Counted from the stretch's first letter, positions 21,160 to 30,874 are shown. The stretch: 64,000 bases of DNA from Gemmatimonas sp. (GCA_965279375.1 OZ257156.1:2304001-2368000), one strand, 5' to 3'. The notes: generated from the sequence alone by a model not told the origin. A program made the numbers and translations.

Positions 21160-21927
21160 TCAGACCTTGTGGTAGCTGATCCGGGCCGCGTCGCGGCGGT
21201 CTGCCGCCTGATAAATCTCGAAGTCGCTGAAGAACGCAGGCGCCTCCGCCTGCAGGACGCGCAAGGTGGCCACCGCGACACGACGAATCTCGAGCTCTGC
21301 CGCCTCGCTCGATCGCAACTCCAGCATCGTGCGCCAGGCGCGCGCGTTGCCGGTCACGACGATCTTGGTCTCCGTGCTGTTGGGGAGCACGCCACGGGCC
21401 GCCTCACGCGCCATCTTGCGACGATGGACCTTGTCGTCCACCCACGAGTAACGCGTCATCAGCGAATCGACCAACGCGACGTAGCTGTCCAGCGCCGACG
21501 TCACCTGTGAACGCCACGCCGTCTCCAGCGCCTCGTCGCCGATCATCGCCGGTGGCATCACGAAGCAGGCGTCACTCTCGTCCACATAGCGCTGGGATAG
21601 CTGCGAGTATGCAAAGCCAGCGCGGTGGCGCACCAATTCGTGCGTCAGTGAGCGCGAGACGCCCTCCAGGAGCAGCGAATAGTTGGCATGCTCCAACACG
21701 CTGCCGTGCCCCTGCTTCTTGATGTTCTCCAGATACTCGCGCGTGCTGCGTCCGGCCGGATTGCGCTGGCTCATGTAGCACAGGCGCCCGGCGAACTCCG
21801 CGAGCCGCTCGCCGTCGGTGGACTCGCCCATCCACTGCACGGGCATGTGCGCAGGCTCGGCGAACTGTGGACGGGACAACACCGTGATCGTGGGCTCGAG
21901 CAGAATCGCGTGGTCGGCGAGAGGCAT
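21160..21927 (-). CDS. thyX: FAD-dependent thymidylate synthase
   Basis: GHGSVLEH, RHRAGFAYSQLSQRY signature, REAARGVLP, NARAWR. Confidence 0.96.
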   Translation of the reverse strand: MPLADHAILLEPTITVLSRPQFAEPAHMPVQWMGESTDGERLAEFAGRLCYMSQRNPAGRSTREYLENIKKQGHGSVLEHANYSLLLEGVSRSLTHELVRHRAGFAYSQLSQRYVDESDACFVMPPAMIGDEALETAWRSQVTSALDSYVALVDSLMTRYSWVDDKVHRRKMAREAARGVLPNSTETKIVVTGNARAWRTMLELRSSEAAELEIRRVAVATLRVLQAEAPAFFSDFEIYQAADRRDAARISYHKV

Positions 21928-21996
21928 GGCGTACAGTCGGAGAAAGGGTGCTGTCGAGGAGTGCAGAAAAGTAGTCGGAGCAGCGACGCGACGCGG

Positions 21997-23637
21997 TCAG
22001 TCCGCCGCGAAATCGAGCCGGAAGCGATGCCACGCTCGCTCGCGCTCGATCTGGTCCAACGCGGCACGTGCGCGAGGGTCCAGTGGTGTGGCCTCAGGAT
22101 CGTGCCGGAGCGCGCCGATGGCCTCGTCTCCGGGGCGCGACACCTTGCAACCCGGATTGAGAACGCCCGAGGGATCGCCCGCAGCCTTGACGTTCGCGAA
22201 GGCGGCCAGCGCTTCGGGGTTCCACACCGACGAGAGCAGCGGCGCCCGCAACCGACCGTCGCCGTGCTCCCCGGCCAGCGTGCCACCAAGTGCAGCGGTC
22301 AACTCGCACACCTCGTCGAGTAATCCGCCCACGACCTCTCGCCACCCGGCCTGCGCGGTGTCCACCAGCGGGTTCACATGCGCGTGCGCATCGCCAGCGT
22401 GTCCGAAGATCACACCGGTCACCCCGCGTCGATCGAGCGCCGCGCGCACGCCGCGCACATAGGCGGGATAGTGCGTGGGCGGTACGCAGCCGTCCTCGAT
22501 GAACTGCATCGATCGCAACCGTGGCGCGAGGCGTGTGAGAATCGGGCTGGCCGCGTGTCGTAGCTCCCAAAGCGCGTGCTCCGCTGCTGGGTCGTTCGCG
22601 GTGTTGATCTCCGTCGCGCCATGTTTGCGACAGTCACGCGCCACGCGCTCCAGCGCAGCCAGTGCCGCCGCGCGATCTCCTCCTTCCACCTCGATCAGCA
22701 GCACCGCTTCGGCGCCCGGTCGAATGCCCGTCGGGCCGCCCGTGGCGGCGATGTCCAGAAAGGTCCGATCCAGCAGCTCACAGGCGGACGCTCCCGCTTC
22801 GCGCGCGTCCATCGCGCACGCCGTGGCCGCCTCCAGCGAAGGGAAGGTGGCCAGCACGGTCGCCGTCGCCCCCGCGACGGGGATCAGCGCCAATTCCACG
22901 TCCGTGAACATCGCCAGCGTGCCTTCGCTCCCGACCAACAGGTCGATCAGATGACCGTCGGGCGCCAGCGCTGCGGCAATGCCGTAGCCGGATGACTCCT
23001 TGCGAACGCCCGCGTGCGACAGCGACGCGAGATTCGCGTGCGCCTTGAGATCGGCCAGCGTCGCGATCAGGCGAGCGACGGCGGTGATGTTGGCGGGCGG
23101 TGCTTCGTCGCGTCGGATCCACGCCGATTGCCCATCGTCGAAGACGCAATTGAGCCCGGTCACCCACGGGCGTGTCGCGCCAAAGCGCAGCGTCCGCGCG
23201 CCCGCCGCATTGGCGCCCACCATGCCGCCGATCGTGCAGAATGCGCCGCTGGACGGATCCACAGGAAAGCGAAGTCCCGCTGCACGCGCCTTGGCGTCGA
23301 TTGCCCCACGCAATGCGCCCGACCCCACGCGGATGCGCTGCGCGCCAAACTCCACATCGCCCATGCCATTGAAGCGGCTCAGGTCCACCGCGATTCCCGG
23401 ACCCACCGCGCCCGCGGCCATGCCGCTTCCCGAGCCACGCGGCATCAGCGCCGCGCCCGTCCGCTTGGCCCACCGCGCCAGAACGCTCAAGTCATCGCGG
23501 TCAGCAGGGACGGCTACGGCCGCTGGCAGCGTGCGCGCAATGCCAGCGCCCTCTGCATACAGCCCGCGCGCGAGCTGGTCGGTGCGGAAGATCCCGCGGA
23601 AGTCCGGAGGCAGATCAGCTGCATGAATTTCGGCCAT
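21997..23637 (-). CDS. FAD-binding oxidoreductase (GlcD/D-lactate dehydrogenase-like)
   Basis: PRGSGSG, DPSS...TIGGMVGANAAG, GSEGTL, GHAGDAHAH, GEHGDG, LNPGCK. Confidence 0.9.
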   Translation of the reverse strand: MAEIHAADLPPDFRGIFRTDQLARGLYAEGAGIARTLPAAVAVPADRDDLSVLARWAKRTGAALMPRGSGSGMAAGAVGPGIAVDLSRFNGMGDVEFGAQRIRVGSGALRGAIDAKARAAGLRFPVDPSSGAFCTIGGMVGANAAGARTLRFGATRPWVTGLNCVFDDGQSAWIRRDEAPPANITAVARLIATLADLKAHANLASLSHAGVRKESSGYGIAAALAPDGHLIDLLVGSEGTLAMFTDVELALIPVAGATATVLATFPSLEAATACAMDAREAGASACELLDRTFLDIAATGGPTGIRPGAEAVLLIEVEGGDRAAALAALERVARDCRKHGATEINTANDPAAEHALWELRHAASPILTRLAPRLRSMQFIEDGCVPPTHYPAYVRGVRAALDRRGVTGVIFGHAGDAHAHVNPLVDTAQAGWREVVGGLLDEVCELTAALGGTLAGEHGDGRLRAPLLSSVWNPEALAAFANVKAAGDPSGVLNPGCKVSRPGDEAIGALRHDPEATPLDPRARAALDQIERERAWHRFRLDFAAD

Positions 23638-23746
23638 GGGTGAGTCTCGCCGGGACGCCGACTGGCGACAAGCGGTGAAACACTGACAGGCTCCATCAGC
23701 TTCGCTGCCGTGACGGAGAGCGCCGCCGCCTCGTATGTTGTGTGCC

Positions 23747-24805
23747 ATGTCTCTCGACCCGACCATCACCAGCGCCCTCGAACGCCGCGACGCGGATCGC
23801 TTCTGCACAGCGATCCTCCCCGCCGTGTCCCGTACGTTCGCGCTCGGCATCAAAGTGCTGCCGGGAGACCTGGGACAGGCCGTGCTCGACGCCTACCTGC
23901 TCTGCCGCATCGCCGATACAGTCGAGGACGCACCGGGGGTGGATCCGCAGGTGAAGGCCGTCATGTTCGACGACTTCCTGGCGGCGTTCGACGACCAGGC
24001 CGCGCTGACGCGCTTTCTGTCGGGCGTCGAGACGTTGCGTGGCGATCTCGCGCACATCACGCTCACGCGCAACACCGACCTCGTGCTCGAACACTTCGCC
24101 GCGCTGCCGAGCAAGACGCGCGATGTGGTTCGCAAGTGGGTGACCGAGATGGCCGTCGGCATGCGCAAGTTCGTGCTGCTCTACCCGGACGGCATTCGCA
24201 TCCAGACCATCGACGAGTACAAGGAGTACTGCTACTACGTCGCGGGCACCGTGGGGTACATGCTCACGGATCTGTGGCACGAGCATTCGTCGAGCATCGG
24301 GTCGCGCCGATACGAGGTGCTGCGCGAGCGGTGCCGCGCCTTCGCCGAAGCGCTGCAGACGGTCAACATCCTGAAAGACGTCGCCGTCGACGCGGAGAAG
24401 GAGAACTCGGTATACGTCCCCGAGGAGCTCTTGCGCATGCACGGCAGCACGCAGAGCCGCATTCTCGCGCCGGAGTTGGTCGCGAAGAACCGCGAAGCGC
24501 TCACGCAGCTCATCCAGCTCGCGTGGCACGATCTCGAGGAAGCACGCAACTATCTGTTGCTCATTCCGCGCCGCGCTGTCTCCATCCGACTCTTCTGTAT
24601 TCTGCCGCTGCTGCTTGCGTACGCCACGCTCCGCGATCTCGTGCAGAGCACGGCGATGCTCAAGCCCGGTGGGTCGGTCAAGATTTCACGCAAGGAAGTG
24701 AAGTCGCTGCTGATGACCGGCTCGATGCTCGTGATGAGCAACTGGGCCGTGCGCCGATTGGTCGAACGCGTGCGACTGCGCGCCTTCGAACTGGCGATCG
24801 CCTGA
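23747..24805 (+). CDS. Squalene/phytoene synthase family protein (squalene synthase-like)
   Basis: VSRTF, YLLCRIADTVED, YCYYVAGTVG, LQTVNILKD, VKISRK. Confidence 0.88.
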   Translation: MSLDPTITSALERRDADRFCTAILPAVSRTFALGIKVLPGDLGQAVLDAYLLCRIADTVEDAPGVDPQVKAVMFDDFLAAFDDQAALTRFLSGVETLRGDLAHITLTRNTDLVLEHFAALPSKTRDVVRKWVTEMAVGMRKFVLLYPDGIRIQTIDEYKEYCYYVAGTVGYMLTDLWHEHSSSIGSRRYEVLRERCRAFAEALQTVNILKDVAVDAEKENSVYVPEELLRMHGSTQSRILAPELVAKNREALTQLIQLAWHDLEEARNYLLLIPRRAVSIRLFCILPLLLAYATLRDLVQSTAMLKPGGSVKISRKEVKSLLMTGSMLVMSNWAVRRLVERVRLRAFELAIA

Positions 24806-24817
24806 CGGCACACGCGA

Positions 24818-24860
24818 CCTAACGCTTCGTCGCTGCGCTCAGCAGGGCGTTGGTCACCTG
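24818..24860. repeat. Direct repeat copy 1 (displaced 3' end of the 27958-28809 gene)
   Basis: cctaacgcttcgtcgctgcgctcagcagggcgttggtcacctg; 42/43 identical to 27957-27999. Confidence 0.95.
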
Positions 24861-24880
24861 AGCGGTGGTGCTCCCCGCCG

Positions 24881-25801
24881 CTACGAGCGCGGGAGTACCT
24901 GCGCCACCTCGACGACACGGAAGCCGCCATGGGTCTCGAACAGGTGACGGAGAATCGGCACATGCGACGATCCGACGATGATCACGATCCGGCGCTCGCC
25001 GAACGTCATCCACTTGAGGACCTTGCTGTACATCTGAACGTTTCGCCGGTACCAATCGGCCACGAGGTTGGCGCCGCTTGTGCTCACGCCCGAGGTGTCG
25101 CCGAGATCGGTGCGGATCTCTCCGATGCGGGCGAACCGGCTCAGATACACGCTATGGTCCGAGGCGAGTGAGGCCGGCGCATTCACCTGCTGGAGGTAGG
25201 CTGCGAGTGTCATCGAGTCGCGCGGGGCGTGCGGCGATGTACGCGCTTCGTAGTCGGCCCGGTAGCTAAACGGAGCTCGTCCCTCGAGCACATCCACTTG
25301 GCCATGGCTGCGCGCGTAGGACTCCATCGGAGCGTAGAGCGCACCATACAGGCCGGGGTGGTCCATCAAGTACACGCGCGGATGCCGCAGCTGAACCGCT
25401 GTGCGAATCCCGAGCTGATACACCTCATTCCGACGCCGCAACGGCCCCGTGGTTCGGTGCTGCTCAAGCAGTGAATCCGCCATCAGCTGGTTGAACTCGG
25501 GCTGCCACTCCACGAATAGCTTGTCCGGTTGCCAGCCCACGAGCGAAGCGACCACCGCGTCTACCTCGGCAGCGCGCCGTGACGTCAGCACATCGTAGGT
25601 CAGCGTGTCCGTCTGCGCGAAGTGAAACGTGCCAACGAGCAGCACCTCGATCGGATGCGATTCGCGTAGGGCCGCCGCAACGAGCGGCGCTGGCACGAGC
25701 GGTGGCCCGGATCGGCAGGAGGCCAGGCCGAGCAGCAGGCCAACGCCTGCTCGGCAGAGACGCGAGTGGAACCGCGGGTTCGGGACGGCTCGTCGGCTCA
25801 T
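24881..25801 (-). CDS. DUF5694-like putative lipoprotein
   Basis: LASC lipobox; LLVGTFHF, KLFVEW, NEVYQLG, WYRRN, RIVIIVGSSHVPIL. Confidence 0.72.
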   Translation of the reverse strand: MSRRAVPNPRFHSRLCRAGVGLLLGLASCRSGPPLVPAPLVAAALRESHPIEVLLVGTFHFAQTDTLTYDVLTSRRAAEVDAVVASLVGWQPDKLFVEWQPEFNQLMADSLLEQHRTTGPLRRRNEVYQLGIRTAVQLRHPRVYLMDHPGLYGALYAPMESYARSHGQVDVLEGRAPFSYRADYEARTSPHAPRDSMTLAAYLQQVNAPASLASDHSVYLSRFARIGEIRTDLGDTSGVSTSGANLVADWYRRNVQMYSKVLKWMTFGERRIVIIVGSSHVPILRHLFETHGGFRVVEVAQVLPRS

Positions 25802-25825
25802 GGTGATGACCTCAGGGTAGGGGTA

Positions 25826-25877
25826 TGCTAAATTTCCAGCACTGCTGGATTTCTAGCATTGTGCTATCTTTTTAGCA
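25826..25877. promoter_or_regulatory. Three tandem TGCTA-N6-TAGCA-type boxes (probable BlaI-family operator)
   Basis: TGCTAaatttcCAGCA (25826-41), TGCTGgatttcTAGCA (25843-58), TGCTAtcttttTAGCA (25862-77), in the divergent intergenic region. Confidence 0.8.
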
Positions 25878-25916
25878 ATACTGGTGAAGCGCCCACCCGC
25901 CCAGCACTCTTTGCCA

Positions 25917-26308
25917 TGCCCCCGCGCCAGCTCGCTGACTCGCTCTCACGTCGAGAGAAGCAGATCATGGACATCCTCTTCCGCCGCGGCGAGGGCACCG
26001 TGACCGACGTGCGCGCCGAGCTTCCCGACCCGCCCTCCTACTCCGCCGTGCGCGCGCAGCTGCGGATCCTGGAGGAGAAGGGGCACGTCACGCACCACGA
26101 AGACGGGCCGCGTTTCGTTTTCACGCCAACCGTACGCCGCGACGACGAGCGTGTGCGCGCTCTCGAGCATCTCGTCACCACCTTCTTCGAAGGCTCGCGC
26201 GAGGCGCTGGTGAACGCGCTCATCTCCGACGGCGACACGCGCCTCGACGACGATGAGCTGCGCCGCCTCGCATCGCTCGTCGCCAAGGCGCGCAGAGACG
26301 GCAGATAG
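25917..26308 (+). CDS. BlaI/MecI/CopY family transcriptional repressor
   Basis: LSRREKQIMDIL, PSYSAVRAQLRILEEKG, LVTTFFEGS, ELRRLASLV. Confidence 0.92.
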
Positions 26309-26310
26309 TC

Positions 26311-27828
26311 ATGAAGGCGTCGCTGATTCTGGCAGCGTGGCCGCTGCTCTACGGTGTTGCGGCGCGTGTCACGATACTCGTCCTCGCAGCGCTGCTGGCG
26401 GATCGCGTCCTGCGTCGCCGTAGCGCATGGCTACGACACGGCATTTGGCGGGCGACGCTCTGGGGAACGATCGCCCTTGGCATCGGCGCTGTAGTGCTGC
26501 CGAGCTGGCACGTGGCACTGCTCCCGCAGCGACCGCCGCAGCTTCTGGCGCAGGTGATGCCAACCGAGGCGCTGCGAACGCGCCCGGAAGCGCTGTCCGC
26601 CAATCCGCAGTCTCGTGAAATCGGCGACGGCAACGCCGCAAACGCTGCGCAGGCGATTCCGATCGCCGCCGGTATCGTGGCCATCTGGCTGATCGTGCTC
26701 GGCGTTCTGTTGCTGCGCATGCTGCTGGGCCGTATCGCGCTCGGCCGCGCCGTACGCCCGGCACACCAGTTACGCGAAGGTCCGGTTGCTCATCTCACGG
26801 CTCAGCTCGCGCATGAGCTTGGAGTCTTTCGGCCGGTTCGGGTTTTACTCCATGAGACTGCGGTGGTCCCGTACACCTTCGGCGTTTGGCAGTCGACGTT
26901 GGTGCTTCCCATCGATGCCGCGCATTGGCATCGAGACCGATTGGAGCGAGTCATCACTCATGAGCTGGGCCATGTTCGGCGCGCTGACGCGTTCGAGTGC
27001 GTTCTTGTTCGCTTTGTGACGGCGTTCCTTTGGTTCCACCCCGGAGTCTGGCTGCTCTCGCGTCGACTCGCGGCCCTGCGAGAGGCCGCCTGCGACGACA
27101 TCGTCCTGCTGCGCGGTGCTCGCGCATCCGACTATGCGGCAGACCTGCTTCACGCCGTACGCAGTGCACGGGCGCTGCGGCCACCTGAGGCAGTACTCGC
27201 GATGGCCAGTCGTTCGGAACTTGGCACGCGCCTCTCGGACATTCTCGATGCGTCGCGCCCACGCCGGATCGACGCACGCGCCACGCGTCGGTTGATGGGA
27301 GCGGCCTGCGTGCTGCTTGCCATGCCGCTGGCTGCGCTGTCCCCCTCGCGTCGGCAGAGCTCCAGCCAACTCGCAATGCGCGCGCAGACCACGTCCGCCG
27401 AGCGGCGTGCGATGCCACGCACACGTGCAGCGTCGCCGTCGCCAGCGCGCGGTGCAGAACGAACTGTGGCAAAGCGCCCGAGTGCACGACGACGTGTGCG
27501 CTTGTCATCACCAACGCATTCCGCGCTCGTAGCCGCGCGTCTCGCGTCGCTCGACAGCATCTGCGCCATCACCAATGGACGGACGCGAGGTGAACGGCTG
27601 GTGGCACTCGCCGACCATTGGATTGAGGATGCGCGATTCTTGGAGGCGTTCTTCCGCGTGCTCGATGGCATTCCTGGCGCCCGCGTCCGCGCAGAGGTCG
27701 TCGTGCACGCGCTCACGGCATCTCGCACGTCAGAGACGAGGAGCCACGCGCGCGCAATCATCGACGGGCTGCCGGACCGCGGGCTTCGCGAGGCCATGTT
27801 CGATCGCCTGAGCGCGATGGATCTCTAA
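26311..27828 (+). CDS. M56 family (BlaR1-like) membrane metallopeptidase with non-canonical C-terminus
   Basis: TM helices, HELGH zinc motif, WFHPGVW, REAACDD, YAADLL; 2 nt after blaI. Confidence 0.88.
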   Translation: MKASLILAAWPLLYGVAARVTILVLAALLADRVLRRRSAWLRHGIWRATLWGTIALGIGAVVLPSWHVALLPQRPPQLLAQVMPTEALRTRPEALSANPQSREIGDGNAANAAQAIPIAAGIVAIWLIVLGVLLLRMLLGRIALGRAVRPAHQLREGPVAHLTAQLAHELGVFRPVRVLLHETAVVPYTFGVWQSTLVLPIDAAHWHRDRLERVITHELGHVRRADAFECVLVRFVTAFLWFHPGVWLLSRRLAALREAACDDIVLLRGARASDYAADLLHAVRSARALRPPEAVLAMASRSELGTRLSDILDASRPRRIDARATRRLMGAACVLLAMPLAALSPSRRQSSSQLAMRAQTTSAERRAMPRTRAASPSPARGAERTVAKRPSARRRVRLSSPTHSALVAARLASLDSICAITNGRTRGERLVALADHWIEDARFLEAFFRVLDGIPGARVRAEVVVHALTASRTSETRSHARAIIDGLPDRGLREAMFDRLSAMDL

Positions 27829-27956
27829 GCAGACCTCTGGCCGTAAAGATGTCGTCACACGGGCCACAACTGCTACTCGCACATTGGTCGGTCCGACGCG
27901 CAGTTCCTGCTGGGGCGCTTCTGTGTAGGAATGCGGTGAGCAGTGCGCGTCGTGCG

Positions 27957-27999
27957 CCTAACGCTTGGTCGCTGCGCTCAGCAGGGCGTTGGTCACCTG
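27957..27999. repeat. Direct repeat copy 2 (current 3' end of the 27958-28809 gene)
   Basis: cctaacgcttggtcgctgcgctcagcagggcgttggtcacctg, encoding QVTNALLSAATKR-stop on the minus strand. Confidence 0.95.
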
Positions 28000-28809
28000 G
28001 CCAATCACCGACGGTGGCGGCTGCATCGCACCTTGCTCGAGATCATCGAGCAGCTGATCCACGCGCAGCTGCACCCGCGCGACCGTGCGCTTGAACGATC
28101 CCTTGATGGCGCGCCACAAGCCGTAGCCACCGGCGACCTGAACGACGGCGAGTGCCCCAATCGCCGCAGTGAATCCGCCCGGATTCGCCGAGTTCGAGGC
28201 GATCACCGTGAGCACCGTCGACAGCACCCCGAACGTCACCGCATTGACGCCTACGACAACGGCCAGTGCAGCGTTCCGCTGCGCGCGACGCACACCGCTC
28301 AACTCGACATCGAAACGCACCACGGACTTTGCGTCGTCAACCGGCGTCACCGTCGCGATGAGTTGGTCGACGCGCACGAGATCAAATCGGCGACCGCCTG
28401 TGCCGAGCGCGCGCAGCGCATTTCCGATCGGATCGTGACGAGGCTCCCAGCTCGTGCGCTGAGGCATCCGTCTGCGGACGGCCAGCCCTTCCATTCGCGG
28501 GAGCCACGCGTCGATTCGCGCCTGGACGTCACTCGCACTTCCCGGAACCACTCGCTGTGCGCCTACGATCGCCGACCCCAGTGCGTCGAGAATCGGGCCG
28601 CCGCCAGGCGCGTCAAACGCCACACGCGCCCGCTCTTCCGCCAGCGCCTGCTTGAGATGCGACGCGTCGATACCCACCTCGCGTGCGACCTCGAGCAAGC
28701 GAGACTCCGAGAGCGCCTCTGTCGCGTCGCCCGTCGTTCCCTGCAACTCGGTCGCACGCGCGAGCACGCGTTCGAGCGCGTCGCGCGGAATCGAGGGTTC
28801 GTCAGCCAT
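27958..28809 (-). CDS. Hypothetical membrane protein (2 TM)
   Basis: N-terminal ERVLARATELQ...LLEVAREVGID helical domain; two C-terminal TM segments; start overlaps the upstream stop. Confidence 0.75.
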   Translation of the reverse strand: MADEPSIPRDALERVLARATELQGTTGDATEALSESRLLEVAREVGIDASHLKQALAEERARVAFDAPGGGPILDALGSAIVGAQRVVPGSASDVQARIDAWLPRMEGLAVRRRMPQRTSWEPRHDPIGNALRALGTGGRRFDLVRVDQLIATVTPVDDAKSVVRFDVELSGVRRAQRNAALAVVVGVNAVTFGVLSTVLTVIASNSANPGGFTAAIGALAVVQVAGGYGLWRAIKGSFKRTVARVQLRVDQLLDDLEQGAMQPPPSVIGQVTNALLSAATKR

Positions 28810-30044
28810 TAGATGCCACCCAGCACGATATCGATCTGTCGGGAAATGCCGTCGCGGATCGCGGCGGGTATGTCAAAGGTACTCGCGAACGTCGCCTTGA
28901 GCGTTCCGGTGGGCGTCGCCGCATCCGCCCGCACGCCGCTCTGAGTGAGATAGAATCGCATGTAGCCGTCCAGCAACTCCGGCGCGACACGCTCGAGCAA
29001 CAACGCCCCGGCCCGCACCTGCCCAAGCGAGATGTAGCGATCGGCTGCACCAGACCGCTGTTCGGCCGGCGTCGTGTTGTCGCCAATCACACCCGTCACA
29101 AGCGTACCGGTGAACTCGTGCGCCAACACGAAGAGCGCATCCGCCGCATCCTGCACGCGCCCGGGCAACGGCACGGCCACCACCGTCTGCCGGTCGCGCC
29201 CCACACCGGTGCGTCCTTCGCCGCCGACGGGAATGGACAGCACCACATCGCCATTGCGCTGACTGGTGTTGTTCAGAAAGCGATCGAACCGCGCGCGATA
29301 CGTGCCCTGCCACAATGAATCCACGGCCGAAATCACGGCGTGCCGCGTGCGAATGACGCGCGTGTGCTCAGCGTTGAAGAACCGTGCCTGCTCATCCGTC
29401 ACGCCATTCAGAAACAAGCGCAGCCACTCCCGATCCGCCGTCGTAGGAAAGAGCGCCGCGAAGGAAAGCGCGCCACCCGAACGATCAGGCGTACGGCGCG
29501 GATCGTCGCCCTGTGTCAGGAAGCGTTCCGCAGCCACGCGCATCTCTTCCCAATTCGCGTAGCCAAACGGCACGAACTGCGCCTGCAGATAGCTTGGCGA
29601 CGATGCCAGTCGCTTGGCCAACGTCCCGCGATTCACGTCGAGTGACGTGAGCAGGTTGGCGCGATTCTTCTCAACCGTCAGCGAGTCACGATAGCCGCGC
29701 CGAAACAGCGGTACCTTCGTCGTGTCGTTGCTGACCATCGCAAAGGCGTGCAGCCACAGGTCCACGTGCTCCGACGTCTTGATCGGCCAGCGTGAGGCGC
29801 GATAGGGCAGCGCCGGGTTCTCCGCCTCGCTGGTCTGCGCTCTGGCGCGCACCGGCGCGCGCGTGGGCGCACGCGTTGGCTGCGGGGCAGGGGCCGGCTC
29901 AGGGTTGGACACCGGAATGGGCTGCGCGCACGCACTCAGCGTGCAGGCAACGAGGACGCAGCCGCTCAGCGCGAGGGCCGCCGTCGCACGAGACGATCGG
30001 GGCGCAACGGTAGACCGTCGCGCCGAATTCAACAGAAGAGACAT
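28809..30044 (-). CDS. Hypothetical lipoprotein
   Basis: Signal ending LSAC, Pro-rich linker, LAHEFTG segment (incomplete HExxH). Confidence 0.7.
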   Translation of the reverse strand: MSLLLNSARRSTVAPRSSRATAALALSGCVLVACTLSACAQPIPVSNPEPAPAPQPTRAPTRAPVRARAQTSEAENPALPYRASRWPIKTSEHVDLWLHAFAMVSNDTTKVPLFRRGYRDSLTVEKNRANLLTSLDVNRGTLAKRLASSPSYLQAQFVPFGYANWEEMRVAAERFLTQGDDPRRTPDRSGGALSFAALFPTTADREWLRLFLNGVTDEQARFFNAEHTRVIRTRHAVISAVDSLWQGTYRARFDRFLNNTSQRNGDVVLSIPVGGEGRTGVGRDRQTVVAVPLPGRVQDAADALFVLAHEFTGTLVTGVIGDNTTPAEQRSGAADRYISLGQVRAGALLLERVAPELLDGYMRFYLTQSGVRADAATPTGTLKATFASTFDIPAAIRDGISRQIDIVLGGI

Positions 30045-30127
30045 GGAGTGCAAGATCGCCGTGTCACCGCAGTCGGAGCTAGCGCGTGCGTTCACGCGCG
30101 CCGCCACGGAATGGCGCTCTATACCCG

Positions 30128-30874
30128 CTAGCTGGCTGCTCGCTTCGCCAAGGGCGCGCTCGCCGGCGTGTCGGGGAGCTCTGCGCTCCGACCGCAGGTC
30201 ACGCAGAAGCGCCACGCCGCATCCAGCTCGGTGCTGCAGGCGGGGCACTGCCGCTTGGTCTGGTCCAGTCCGCAGTGCGGGCAGAAGGTGACGCGACGAT
30301 CCTGCGGAAGTCGGCCGCCACAAAAGCGGCAACCACACCCCTTGCCATCGCTACCGCGCGAGCGAGCTGCCGACGCGCCGTCGCTCAGCACCTCGACACG
30401 CAGCCCCGCGCGGTTCGTGGTCGTCGTGGCGGCCGCGCTCACGCTCGCCTCTCCTCGGCGGCCCTGCATGCTCTCCGACGACAGCTGCGCCGCGTCGAAG
30501 GCACCGCTCACCCGCTCCATTCCCACGCTGATCGCGGCCTCGCCGAGCGCCAGCGACGCACCGGACCAGCTGCGCACCAGCGCGAGCGTGGGGGACGGCA
30601 GCGCCAGCGCATTGTGACAGGCTCGCTGCAACTCTCCCTCGGCGTGCACATAGCCTCGCTCGCCGCCCACCAGCCGAAGCACCGTGCGTTCCCACGCGTC
30701 CGCGCCACCGTCGGCCATCTCCCGACGGGATTCGCGAAAGGGCAGCAGCCGCTCCTCGAGGTCCGTGAGCGAAAAGCCATGCTCACGAAGCTGCGGATAG
30801 TGCTGACGGATCGTGCGAACGAGACGAAAGGCCAGCCGATCGAGATCGTCCATCGAACGAGCGGTGGTCGTCAC
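30128..30874 (-). CDS. Double zinc ribbon domain protein
   Basis: CRFC..CPHC..CPAC..CVTC at the C-terminus; GTG 30874 overlaps the upstream TGA. Confidence 0.8.
   Translation of the reverse strand: MTTTARSMDDLDRLAFRLVRTIRQHYPQLREHGFSLTDLEERLLPFRESRREMADGGADAWERTVLRLVGGERGYVHAEGELQRACHNALALPSPTLALVRSWSGASLALGEAAISVGMERVSGAFDAAQLSSESMQGRRGEASVSAAATTTTNRAGLRVEVLSDGASAARSRGSDGKGCGCRFCGGRLPQDRRVTFCPHCGLDQTKRQCPACSTELDAAWRFCVTCGRSAELPDTPASAPLAKRAAS

Larger units (their letters stand above)
24861..27956. mobile_element. Putative small genomic island or insertion relic (no integrase)
   Basis: Bounded by the 43-bp direct repeat; cargo is a DUF5694-like gene plus a BlaI/M56 pair; more T-ending codons around 26780-27060 than in flanking genes. 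Confidence 0.65.

Noticed and set aside
24819..25055. 78-aa ORF ending in QVTNALLSAATKR
   Set aside because: Not a gene: it reads into the displaced repeat copy and overlaps the DUF5694-like gene. It is useful only as a marker of the duplication.
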